Shown in pieces: positions 13,217-25,885 of a stretch of 64,000 nucleotides of DNA (positions are counted from its first letter, which is position 1; the number at the start of each line of letters is the position of its first letter). Made by a program: the position numbers and the translations under genes. The stretch covers positions 1 to 64,000 of the forward strand of contig MCFE01000179.1 in assembly GCA_002104905.1 (NCBI GenBank), written 5' to 3'. The notes beneath the pieces were generated by a model. The model did no database searches and was not told the DNA's origin. It saw only the letters and a list, made by a program, of their open reading frames with translations. The DNA is from Basidiobolus meristosporus CBS 931.73 (Eukaryota; Fungi; Basidiobolomycota).

Positions 13217-14335
13217 TGGAGTGATGGAGTGCTGTATTCTGCTTTGGCTCACCAGCAGTGGGATAACTTTTATACGCTCCTTGGTGTCTGCCTCTGGAAT
13301 ACAGCGAGGTGGATGCTGGAGACGGTGATTCGGATGATTGGATCGAGTTGGTAAGTGATGATCAATCACGTATTCCTAGAGCGATTCTATTGAACACTGG
13401 CTCACCGGCAGTTATTAAATTACTCATGGTTAATCTATCGTGGAAGCCCAAGATGGCATGCATATGCCACAAGTGGTCATTCCAAGCAGCGGAGTGGTTT
13501 ACCAACGGTATTTGGAGGATGTGGACGAATCGGCGGGATTTTAATATAAATCGGGGGTGACGCGTTTTTTTCGAATCTCTACCATCCTGGGAAACGTCGT
13601 GAGTGTACGGGGAGGATTTTCCCGCATTTCTTCTGGATCTTCCTCGGATAGGCGACGCTGATCTGCAACATACAGGTCATCATCTCCCGATCGCAGTAGC
13701 GGCTGCCATAGATGGCGAAGGCCTTTCATCAGCCATGAAGTCACCCCTCGTGCCAAGCCTGCCGTAGGGTCCGACTGTACACCTGGCCTAGTTGGCGATG
13801 AATGCTCAAGTGCATGGCTGCTGTGGTCTGTCTGTAGATGTGGCTAGGTGTTGTTGATTCCGTGTAGCTCGCACAAAGGACGAGTGCGGGTGAAGCGATC
13901 AGAAACATTATTAGTTTGAATCAATGGGCCATCGAGATTTCAGGATTTTGACTTACTCTGAATAAGGAAGTGCTCCAAGCTCGAGGCGATTGCTGCTGCC
14001 CCAAAACAATCGCAGCTACAAGTTACAGCGATGCATCAGCCATCGACTCCTCGGCGGACTGCCTGTGGATTAATATTGATCTGGTCAGTGCGATCTCCTA
14101 CAAATGTAAGCAGTTCTCTAACATGGTTTGATAAAACGGAACATTCAGTTGGCTGCATGATATATAACCAACGGCGCTACTCGCTACTCCTACCGTTTGA
14201 ATCCATCCGTCCATTTCTTTCGTATTCTAGGACTTTTGTTCTTCACAATAGCCCTTGTATTAAGCCACTCTCTAATAGTTCCCGTTCTTTGATATTCGCA
14301 GCAGGAGCTGGAGTATAACCGCTATTGAGTGAAGT

Positions 14336-17300
14336 ATGAAGGGGTTGCTCAGATATTTAGTAAGCATAGCCTTGATCTCGAACTGTTTAAACGGGAGTTT
14401 GGCAAAGACCAATTTCGAATTAGACCCAGAAAAGGTTCAACTATTGGGGGGCTTGCTGAGCTTGAACAAATGCCCGGGGACACAAGTACTTGATTCTGTC
14501 CACCTCTCAGCGACAACCCATTTTCTAAACATTGGCTGGTCTGTCTAGGAACCATTCAACAAATTGTGCTACTGTGTCACCACAACAAAATGGGAGTGTC
14601 CCGAGGGGTGAGTACCATTCCCAGATAGCTGGCAGCTCTGTTCCACTAAATGACCATTTCGTTCACTTCGCAGCCATTTTTGTCAGCTACCAGGCAATCA
14701 GACCGTATGTCCTCAAGGATTCTTCTGTCCTCCGAACACCTTTCAGCCAACTTACTGCTGCCCTGGCTACTATTGCTCAAGCGATGCCACGAAAATGACC
14801 CTCTGCCCCGAAGGGTCCTACTGCTTAATAGGTACGTATAAGCTACCATTCCAACCTCTGTAATTTGATCAAACCGACATTTCCGCCTGTATCGTTGTAG
14901 GCTCTACCACACCACAAACGTGCACATTCGGCCATTGTCCGGCAGGGTCCGGCTCAATCAACAAATACGAGGTGATCTACGTATTCATAGCGATCCTGAT
15001 GCTAGTGTTGATCTACTACGCCTTGCGAAAACGAAGACTGCGAAGCAAACACCTGAAATATGTTGTCCAGATGGAGACCATGAAAAAAAACCAACCCATT
15101 TCCCCCCAGGATCTAGGAAAACAGGTCAAAAAGTTCGATATTTGCTTCGAAAACCTCGGCTTGGTGCTTCCCAACGGACTGGAACTGATGAAGGTTAGTT
15201 CGGCTCTGGCTTAGCCTACCAACCCGCCCAAAGCTAACCACTGCGCGGCAATTCGCAGGGAGTGTCAGGAGTGCTGCGTTCCGGTAGATCCTGCGCAATC
15301 ATGGGCCCTTCAGGAGCGGGAAAATCCACCTTCATCTCATTGCTCACCGGAAAGGTGAAGAAAACCGAGGGCAACATCAGGATTAACGGGAAATACGAGG
15401 ATTTGTCGAAATACCGCAAGTTGGTCGGATATGTACCGCAGGAGGATATTATGCTGCGCGAGCTGACCGTGAAGGATATACTAATGCACTCGGCGTTCAT
15501 GCGGCTTCCAGACGAATGGCCCGCTGCTCGCAAACGGGCGGTGGTTCTTCAGGTGATCCATTTCTTGGGACTCGGCCACATCATCAACTCGATTGTTGGC
15601 AATGAGGAGCAACGGGGGATTTCAGGAGGGCAGCGAAAGCGAGTGAATATTGGGATGGAGGTATGGAACGACGCCCTGGTTGCGGATTAGAGCAAATAGA
15701 GCGCAGATACTGATGTGTTTCTGACCTTTGTAGCTGGTGGCAGAGCCGTCCATTCTATTCCTGGATGAGCCAACCTCAGGTATCGATTCACACTGGTGGG
15801 CTTACGCCGTTGCAAAATACTCACCAGGTTTCATGCAGGCTTGGATTCATCTACCTCAGTCGAAGTATGCAACCTACTATCCAACATCGCAAAAACCCAG
15901 GGATTGACCGTGGCCTCGGTGATCCACTCGCCTTCCCCCATAGCGTTTGCCAAGTTCGACGACTTGCTACTACTCGGAAAGGGTGGCAGGGTGATCTACT
16001 TCGGCTCAAGAGAAGAGGCGCCCGCGTATTTCGAAAGCATCGGCTTCTACTGTCCGAAAGAGCAATCACATGCAGACTTCTACCTGGATGTCGCAAGTGG
16101 TAAAATCGAGAGCAAAAATGATCCCGACTTTCATCCCAACGATCTCTTTGAATATTGGGAACAGTTCGAGAACGATTCCGTCTCCCAGGACAGTCCACAC
16201 TCGCTGCGAATACACGATGTCAAGCACGGGCTCCTCACCGAGAAAATCCCTCCCCCCGGATATTTTCAAGAATGCGTTGACAAGATCAAGGGTGAGCTCT
16301 CGACGGTCAAATACGACATACAAGACTGGTTCAAATCCATCTTCGTTGAGCTGAACGACACTTTTCGAGGGATTGTCCGGACCATCTCACGTAAGAAGGA
16401 TCCTATACGGGACACGGCCAGCCCCCTCCGTGTTTTCTGGCTGTGCTTCAGGCGGGCCCTCCAGCAGATCATTCGCAGCAAAGGAAATCTGATTACCGAG
16501 CAATCGGTTCATCTATTGGCTGGTAAGACCACTTGAATCGGGTTCCCAGACGCATTCTCAAGGCCAATCTTCCTGTAGGTCTGTTTATATCCATCGCTGC
16601 GAAACGAGCAGTATTTCTCGGGCCTTTGCCTATGGAAGTATGTGAGTTTTCCCCTTTTGCTCTGAGAGAGAATTGCAAGAGGCCGGTATCTGATCCATTG
16701 CGATACATTGGCCAATTCATAACCTGGGGAGTTGGGTTCGCAGGTACTTGAAAGCGTGTAATACGATACGAATCATCTGGGAACCCTGGATATTAACACT
16801 AAGATCCGCTTAGGCATTGCCACCAGTGTCAACACTTTCGGTAATGAGCGGGTGGTATTCTGGCGAGATATCGCGACGGGGATGCCTACCCTTCCTTATT
16901 TCCTGGCCAAGGCAATATCTGATGTGCCCAGGATAGTGTTTGCTTCGCTGATGTTTGTCCTGGCGTTGGTCATCAACTTTCCGAATAACTCGAGCTTCGG
17001 GTATCTCTATTTAATTGTGTTGGGGCTCTACTTTGTGGGCTTCAGTATTGGTAAAGGATGGTCGAAGGCACCTGTGAGGAACTCGCTACTAACGAACTGA
17101 TTGCATATTAGGGTATTTTATCTCCTGTCTGGTTCCCAGGGATAAGGCTCAACTGTTTGGAGTAATTGTGACGCTGTTCTGGGGGATTCGTATGTACATC
17201 CTGATATGAGTCATCTTATTACCACAGTCCAACTAATCTTCTCTACAAGTGTGTGGCGGTGTGCAGCCTTCACTAGCAACTGTACGTACGCCTCGATATG

Positions 17301-17707
17301 TATCCATAAAAATAACTAACCTTTAACCGATGAATGTTTGGCAGGTCCAAGACGAGTACCCTGGATGGCTTAAGTGGCTTTGGAGTGTAAGTTGCCATGT
17401 CACACGCCCTCGCCTCACAACTAACAACTCTGCTATAGATCTCGGGGCCAAGATGGGCAATTAGCGCGTTTTATCTGTCGGAAACCAAACATCGAAGGTA
17501 GGCACAGGACTCCATCATTTTGCATGCAACAAGAACCCTAGTAACGTTTGGTGTAGGTACTTCGATGTCGAATCGAATCTTTGGGACTATGGTTATCAGA
17601 ATGACACATTCCACTGGGACATAGTGCACCTATTTCTCATCTCACTCATGTACAATGTACTGTCTTTCCTCGCCTTAAAATTAACCCATAGAAGTAAACA
17701 AAAGTAA
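14336..17707 (+). CDS. ABCG (White-type) half transporter with signal peptide and Cys-rich extracellular N-terminal domain, many introns
   Basis: Walker A GPSGAGKST, signature ISGGQRKRVNIG, LDEPTSGLDS, a C-terminal multi-TM domain, and N-terminal CPxGx[FY]C repeats followed by one TM helix. Confidence 0.92.
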
Positions 17708-18023
17708 ATTATTGGTCACATAGGAAGAAGCTCAATTTGTATATACCAGCAAATAAATGACAGTTTTTTAATATTTGGCCCATGCTCCATTGTCGCCCTT
17801 GGTACACGCACAAGACGGATGGCTAATCATTGATTCGTTTATTCGAAGTAAATCTGTGGATTTTCCTTATCATGGCGTTAGGTACATCTTCAACATTGGT
17901 TGGGAGGTGGTTGACTGTGGAGAGGTCGAAAGTCTATATTGTGGTTGGGGTCTGAGCCATTTGTCGTATCCATCATGAACGTTGCAAAACGATTCAGTCC
18001 TATGTACGGCCTCGATAAGTACG

Positions 18024-18826
18024 CTATAGTAGATTATCTCTCCAGAAGAGGTTCATGTAATGATAACCAGTATGTGTGGGGGAGAAGGTTTCACTAGACA
18101 AGCCGACTGACTCGTATTTGTAATCAGTTTCCAAGGAGTATTTGGCTCCAGGCGGTATCACATTTTGTAGAAACTCGGAGAAAATATCATTGCACTGGGT
18201 TGGGATCGAGCATGGCTTGTATTCAATCTGGTGGTGGGGGAGAGATAAGTTCCTTGAACAAAAGAATTGACAAAGAGCAACTCCAGACTGGCTACTAACC
18301 TCAATCATCATGCCTTTATAACTGGAGCCAACCATGATGTTTCCTGCGCGAAGAACGAAGTCCCCTATATCAAAAGAATAACCCTAACAGTTGCGAGGTT
18401 CTAGAGTTAATGGCGTCCGCGGGAATAGAGGAACAATCAACGTTCTCACCTCGACTTGAAGATTCTGTCTGGTCACCCAGATGTTTTTCAGCTTGTTGAC
18501 AATGAAATCAAGCTCGCGATCTGCCTCAACGATCACCCCGTCTATCATAGAGAATACCGAGCTGGGGTATGAGGAGTGGTACACTAGGTATAGCAGCTTG
18601 CCTGTGCCCATCTTGTTGATCGGATTAGTGTCTCTGTACACTTTGCAACTAAGATTCCAGCGCCCGCTAATCTTTCCGTGATACACCTTGACGATACGCT
18701 CCTGTAGCATGTTGAGGCTTTGAGCGCCATTGGCATCCGTCCAACGCAAAACACTACAAACATCTCGTCAGTTTCTCATCTCTGGGTCAAAGGAATACAG
18801 GGTTGAACATACCAAGTAACCCCCAT
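18024..18826 (-). CDS. MED20: Mediator subunit 20
   Basis: MGVT start; GKLLYLVYHSSYPSSVFSMID...EADRELDFIVNKLK; YSFDIGDFVLRAG...MMIEIEYKPC. Confidence 0.88.
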
Positions 18827-19549
18827 GTGAAGCAGGCTAGCTATTTGGCTAAAGGTATATTACAAAATAGATGGATGTGGAGAGAACAGTGAAGTTGCCC
18901 TTCTTTCTTGAATAGATTTGGTGGATTTCAATCAAATACTCAACAACGAAATTCATCAATTTGTATGATTAAATTTACTTGATGGCACAAAGTTACGCGA
19001 TGGATGCCGCGCCGCCATTCCTTACCGGGGCAGATTAGAGAAATTGGTTACCTAATCATGTTCTCCCAAATCCGTGAGTGAATCTTGGACTGCTTCGCAT
19101 AATGGGCAGTATTCTTATTCCCTGCTGCTTTCATAGATAGTCAAGGAGGCCGTGCCCAACATCAGACCCGCTCAAAATTCGTCGATGTGGTTGTTGGATG
19201 TATAGACGTCTGACCAACTTGGTTGATAGCCTTCGAACACATTTGTATTCGAGCTGACAACAAGGGCATGTGAAACGATGCATTGATGTTGGGACAAGAT
19301 CACTTTAATCACGCCATTTCCTACGAAACAAGAACAGCTCGGGCAAGGGGAACAAGTGATGGTGAGTGGATGTGTTAAATGTGTGAAGGTCAACAATAGA
19401 GTAAACAGGGGAGTGGATAGAATATGAGATCTTTCTAATGAATGCAAGTTAAATGAATCCTCCGTACAAAGGCACTTTAAGAACTAAAAACCAAGCCTGG
19501 TCTTGATGTTTGATACCGAAGCAGATGAAGTTCGGGGCGATACCAACTC

Positions 19550-20383
19550 TTATTGCTCATTCTGGCCGAACTTTTCACGCCACGCCATACGTACACGGTC
19601 CCAAGCACTTCCAATGGAATCGACGGCTGGACGAACATCCACATGGAACACTGGAGTATCGGTATCTGGGTCATCCACACCACCATAATAGTCAATCACG
19701 TAGCGCACCTCTTTACCACAACGATCGACAACCCAATCATGTCTGTCAAATGGAGGAGGTGTACTGGAGCAAATTGGTTAGCACATCTGTATAACACGTA
19801 CCGCGCTGAAATACGCAACTTACCCAAACCAACCCAAAACTCTAGCCTTGGGGCTTAGTGTGTCAGGGCGGCCCATGAAGCGAAGCAACTTTGGCTCGCC
19901 GCATTTGCTATCAAGATAGGATCAGTCACACGAGCTCGTTAGCTCAAGGATAGATAAAGCTTACCTTTCGTGCAATTTTTCCCATTTCAAAATCTCGTTC
20001 CAACAGCCCTCGTTCAGGAAGTTGTGGATGTCAACCATCATCTCGACGGACCGCTCATCGGTTTGCTTCCCTTTTCTTCTCAGAGCATTGTAGAATTGCT
20101 GAGGCGAGGGGTATTCCCAGTTAGATGATTTATCGTCGGAAACGGCTTTGGGAATAGAGGATATGACTCTTTCGGTGGGTAAAGCGGTCTTTTGGTCGGG
20201 CGCAGGCTCCTGCTTTAGATACGGCATGAAGTTGTCGGGATTCAGCTTTTCGTGTTCAACCGGGCATTCTGTGGCGGGTGCCTTCTTTTCGGGCTGATGC
20301 ATGGGGCATGCAGGAGGGGGATTGACCTCGGGCTGGTGCATGGGGCAAGCAGGAGGGGGATTGGTTTCGGCAGTGTTGGACAT
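19550..20383 (-). CDS. CYC3: Holocytochrome c synthase (cytochrome c heme lyase)
   Basis: CPM/CPV heme-regulatory motifs; [37 protein letters not shown]; C-terminal DVRPA-type segment. Confidence 0.93.
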
Positions 20384-21035
20384 TTCAAGACGGTTGCAGT
20401 GACAGTGACAACTAGCAGGACAGTTTTTACGCAAGAAAAGGTAAGATGAGAAATTTCTCGATTATAAAGCTAATCCACATTCAACCATGTTCCTTCTCCG
20501 CAATTTGCGGAGAAAATTTTCTGGAAGATTTCGATTCGCAGAGCGTGCTCTGGCTCCTCTCATTGATCATAATCGCATTCCATTTACCTCGATGCCAACC
20601 AGCTTCGCGTTGGCTTAAACAAATTCCGTATGATGAGAGCGAATCCATACGGTTACAAGCGGGCCTCGTACGCAATGATTGGCCCATCCTATCTAATTAA
20701 CCTTGCCCGAATACTGCTAAAATTTTTTCAGGTGGCAAGTGCTAAGCTACACGCAGCCTTGACTGCTCGCATCGTTCGGATCCATCTAGTCCAATCCATC
20801 GACGACAGCATTTGGCGTCCATACTGAAAAAGGGAGTAGTTGGGGCACATGAAAGGTGGTAATCCTGGCTTTATGGGCAACGAAGGCTTTCAGTGAAATA
20901 CAAACTGCATACTAGTAGAGGTGGAATGGGTGTATTTAATCTCGAAAGTAATCTGGTGGGCTTCTATATAGAACAGACTCGGCGGTTTATCCCCATCTTA
21001 TTAACACGCACTTCTCTGCTTGATCACACAAGCAA

Positions 21036-22009
21036 TTACGGGCCGCTTGATGAAGAGTTGTCAGTAAGCATACGCTTGAACATGGATCCCCAAGTGTCGT
21101 TGACGGATGGCACGGTGATCTGTATTGAGGGCAGCTGTTAGTGGGCATTGGTGGAGGGGAGCGTCCGACAATTATACCTGAAATGGAAATGGATTTGGGT
21201 CGTTATTGGTGATAGGGGGGATGTGATCTTTGCGGTCGTTTACGATTTGTACAATGTCCATCAAGAAGTCGGCAACCTGACGCTCCGTGCGCATACGAGC
21301 CTGGTTGCGATCTAAGAAGCAGGGGCCAGGTCAAATGAAGCTAGGGTAATATCAAGGTGGTTGGAACTACCTCTTTCATTGTTGGGTCGAAGAATGGTAA
21401 ATGTGATAATCCATTGCTCCCAGCATACCTCTTCCTCCGATTTACTGAACCACGCTTTTCTCGTGCGTTTTTCGTAAAACATGACCGCTAGCTATGGATA
21501 ATAGTGGTCTTGGTTAACAATCTATCCGACCTCGAGCAGTCAAAGCCATACCTGGCCACGCTGGTTTCTGGAGGCATCGATGGTCTTTAAGAATGCTGGG
21601 ATTTTTTCTTCCACTGCCTTATCGATACCAGCATCCTCAATCGCGACCTAAAGCAACAACGATGTAGCGTAGGTAATTCCATCAGCACACTTTCGAATCT
21701 TGAATGTAGGGGGAATCGGCTTACGTATGTCAAGTCCATAAAGTCCACCTCTCTGGGTCGAACGTTTCCAAACACCCTATGAAACAGGATCGAATGCAAA
21801 ACCGCTACCATAAATTCAAAATTGTTGCTCTCGCTTACCAAGAAGGTCAATCCTTTTTGTATAAATACCTCGCAACACATCTTTCAATAACAAACGCTCG
21901 ACGGTCTATGGGAAAGCGATCGTAGTAAGTCCCAATGGTTACAATCGCCAAGCATTACAACAAGACTTCATGGACATACCAGGTCGAAATTGAATACTTC
22001 TGGGGTCAT
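21036..22009 (-). CDS. ATG101: Autophagy-related protein 101 (HORMA domain)
   Basis: Spliced product MTPEVFNFDLTVERLLLKDVLRAVLHSILFHRVFGNVRPREVDFMDLTY...FYEKRTRKAWFSKSEEVCWEQW...DHIPPI. Confidence 0.9.
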
Positions 22010-22392
22010 TATGAGACCAACTTCTGTAGAAACTTTTTGGGCGTAATTAAGGAGAGCGATATTGTGTATGTGTAATTAATGAGAAGACATGAGAAACAGT
22101 CACGATTTGTATGAAGTCTATATGAAAAGGCATCATGTGATCCATTGAGCGTAGAGTCCATGTGTGCACGCCATCTGTACCTGGAGCATGGTACTTCATT
22201 AAAATTAAAAAATCAATTGGAACTAGTGCGTGACAACAGCTCAAATACAACTTCAACAAGTGGAAAGGTTTATTTAATGAGTAGCATCAGTAGTGTATTT
22301 GCTTCCACATCTTAGGTTTGCTTCGTGCAATGGGGCGAGGGCAGTCAGACTTGTATTTACAACATATAAAGCCAGAAGTAGTCATTGATATT

Positions 22393-22770
<378 letters not shown>

Positions 22771-23454
22771 TCAATTTTTATACATTGACTGAGGCAAGTG
22801 CGAAGGCTTCGGCAGAACATTATCTAGCCATCAATGTCTCAGAACACTCACTCTCTACATGACTGAAGTTGTTTTAATGGATCCCATATGATTATACATC
22901 GTGCTGATTATCCATCACTAGCGCATCATTTCTTATAGATAACTCCATCCTCTCGACTATCACTACACTTCCATTGTAGCACAATCTGGGCTATGGAATC
23001 CAATGGATGACTCACGATTACTCTCTGTATGCTAACAGTGTTTGGCAGTATGTCAGACATGAAGTGTGCTGCAAGCTAAAATATGGTTCTCAAGGCTTTC
23101 TACAGAGTAAAGCGGTGTGTTTACACTGGGATAATGAGTTGCTCTGTTTATCTGATGCACATCTGTACCATTGATCTATGATTCGTGAGGTTTCCTTTCA
23201 CCTACGTAATGTCTCAGTGCGATTTCAGATGAATGAAGATAAGGGTCACGTGGCTTGGATTGTGTAGCAGACCCAGTTGACTGACATTTAAGAACCACTA
23301 TGATGATTCTTGATAATGAGAGATAAAGATAACCCAGCAGCTTCTTAAAACCAAAGTCTGCAGTTCGTTGAGGACCAAATAAACCAATGCGTTCAACCAT
23401 TTATTTACATTCAAAGGTATCATTTGAATAATGCTATGCAATCAAGTATCATGA

Positions 23455-24874
23455 TCAAGCTGAGGCCATGATGGCCTCAATCTCATCAATTTCCTTGGGT
23501 GCAGTGGTGAGGTTTTCAATGGAGTCTTCCTTGATCACCACGTTATCTTCGATACGAACTCCACCTACCGAGCGGAATCTATCGAGGGTAGGGATATCAA
23601 AGAACTTGGCGGTTTCAGGGTTTTTGAGGAAGGGCTCGATGATGGCATCACAGAAGTAGACACCAGGCTCAACGGTGACAACCATTCCGGGCTTCAGTTC
23701 ACGACGCATACGCAAGTAACGAATTCCTGGTTCGTCAATTCTCTCAACACCCTTGGGGTAACCACCGACATCATGGGTATCGATACCAATAGAGTGGCCG
23801 AGACCATGAGGATAGAAAGCCGCAGGGACGTGATGAGCAATCATCTCCTCAACGTCACCAGTGAGGATACCGCATTTCTTTAGACCCTCACAAGCGATGC
23901 GATTGGCAAGGCGATGCATGTCTTCCCACTGAACTCCAGGCTTCAATGCTTGGAGAACCTGCTTTTGCATATCAAGCACGATGCTGTAGATGGTCTTGGC
24001 ATCGTCAGTGAATTTACCACCCACTGGGTAAGCTCTAGTGATATCAGAAGCGTATCTGTGGTATTCACCGCCTGCATCAACCAAGAACAAGAGTTGGCCA
24101 TCGGTCATTTCACAGTTGTTACGGCCATAATGCAAGGTAGCAGCGTTCTTGCTGTAAGCCATGATTGGAAGGTAGGCTTGACGCATGGATCCGCGACGGT
24201 TGCATTCATACTCGAAAAGGGCTTGCATCTCACGCTCGTTCATGCCAGGCTTGATATTCTTCATGAGGGCTAAATGAGCCTCGCTCGAGATTTGGTTGGA
24301 TACACGCATGATTTCGAGCTCAAACTCGGACTTGTACATGCGGGCTTCTTCAAGAGCTTCGGTAAGCTTGGAGTCATCGGCTTGGAAATCCCCCAAGTGG
24401 GTAACATCGGTTCCGGTCAACACGTGAATGATGCTAGGGGACAGATTCTTCAAAGTGTCGACCAACTCGTCGGTATATTTGACTTCATCTACGTCATATC
24501 TTTGCTTGAGCTGATCATTGGTTTCGGGTTGGCCAATCCAAACAATGTCATCCTCGGGGACTCTAGGAGCGAAAAGGATGGCCTTATCACCAGCGATATC
24601 ATAGACGAACTCGTACTCTGGTTGCTCGACACCAGTCATGTAGAAGAAATGAGGGTCCTGGTTGAAGGGCATATCCTACATTGGAAATGGGAAAGGTCAG
24701 TGGAACCGTTTTTCAGGTACATGGGCCAAAAGGGCCACCTACAGTGTCAGTGTCAAACTTGAAGGTGTTGATGTGACCCTTGAGATAGATAGCACCAGAG
24801 GCGACGCCAAGGTTCTTGGCAACCTTGCGGTTGTTGATCTTGGAATTGTAAAAGAATTCACTTGTGTTGACCAT
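23455..24874 (-). CDS. PEPD: Xaa-Pro dipeptidase (prolidase, M24B), cytosolic, 2 exons
   Basis: Motifs PFNQDPHFFYMTG, VDAGGEYHRYASDITR, HGLGHSIGIDTHD, TVEPGVYF, GGVRIEDNV. No signal peptide. Confidence 0.93.
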
Positions 24875-25885
24875 ATTGTAATCAGTAGACCAAAATCAAA
24901 TTGACCAGGTGGCTCCAGCATCCTCCGCACTGACAGGTGCCTTTTTATACCCATGTTCCCAGTCAGACAAAATTTTGGTGGTAGCTATTTGTCAATATTT
25001 CCTCGATAAGCTTAACAGGCTTTCCCCAAAAATTATCTGTTTTTCGGGCGAAATTATTGGACAATTCTTACCACTTACCCAGTAGAGGTAACGGCGGGAG
25101 GGGTAAAGAAGGTACGGTGTAGATCCTTAAGATAGTATCGCTGAATTGAATTCTTCCGGGGAATAATAGGACCAGAGTCAGCTAACGTGGGTATTCCAAA
25201 CTGAGAAGCATGATGTGAATCAAGCGTGGGACTTATTGAATGTCATGCCAATTTCCCTTGCACAAAGAATATTCACACACTAGGCATTTGATGGATAATG
25301 GAATCACCCACACCATGAAGTCATCTGTCGCTTATACCCTGCTTGCTGAAACAGATTGGAATCATGGGATTTCCCAAACGAAATTGCCGAAGTTCCTTAC
25401 CTCGATATAGATGGTTGCCAGTAGGGCGAATGCTTTAATTGGAATCAATCCCGACTCATCTGGCTCAAAACACCAGCAACCATTATTCATCTAATGATGA
25501 AAAGTTGTGAGCTTCTATTTTAGTCCTGTGCTACTACCAGATTGGGCCCCCAATCGCTAAATCCTATACTCTGGACCCGCCTTGTTCCACTGGATTTACA
25601 TCATGATGATACGAATCCCTGATCAATGAAGCGCTGTAGACACATCATTGGTACCAGGCATTTGTTGCTGGCGGGGATCTCTCCGAAGGATTGATCCCTT
25701 CAAAGATTAGATCGATTAATTGTGATGGATCGAGCGAGGCTGGTATCAGGTTGGTTTATTCTTATGAAGAGGTGATTTATATTCACTGTTGGTATTTTCC
25801 AAAGTATGGACAAGTGGATGGATTGCTTCCAAAAATTCCATGTTGTGTTCGGATTGAAATCCTATGAAGATTGTACACGAAGTAT

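Noticed and set aside
13541-13880. 71-aa ORF upstream of the aspartic protease
   Set aside because: No ATG in a convincing context, no motif and no clear splice model.
19172-19447. 91-aa ORF between MED20 and CYC3
   Set aside because: No homology recognised; likely UTR or intergenic.
20446-20830. Intron-like signals (gtatga...ctaat...cag) and short ORFs between CYC3 and ATG101
   Set aside because: No spliced frame gave a recognisable protein. An unannotated small or non-coding transcript cannot be excluded.
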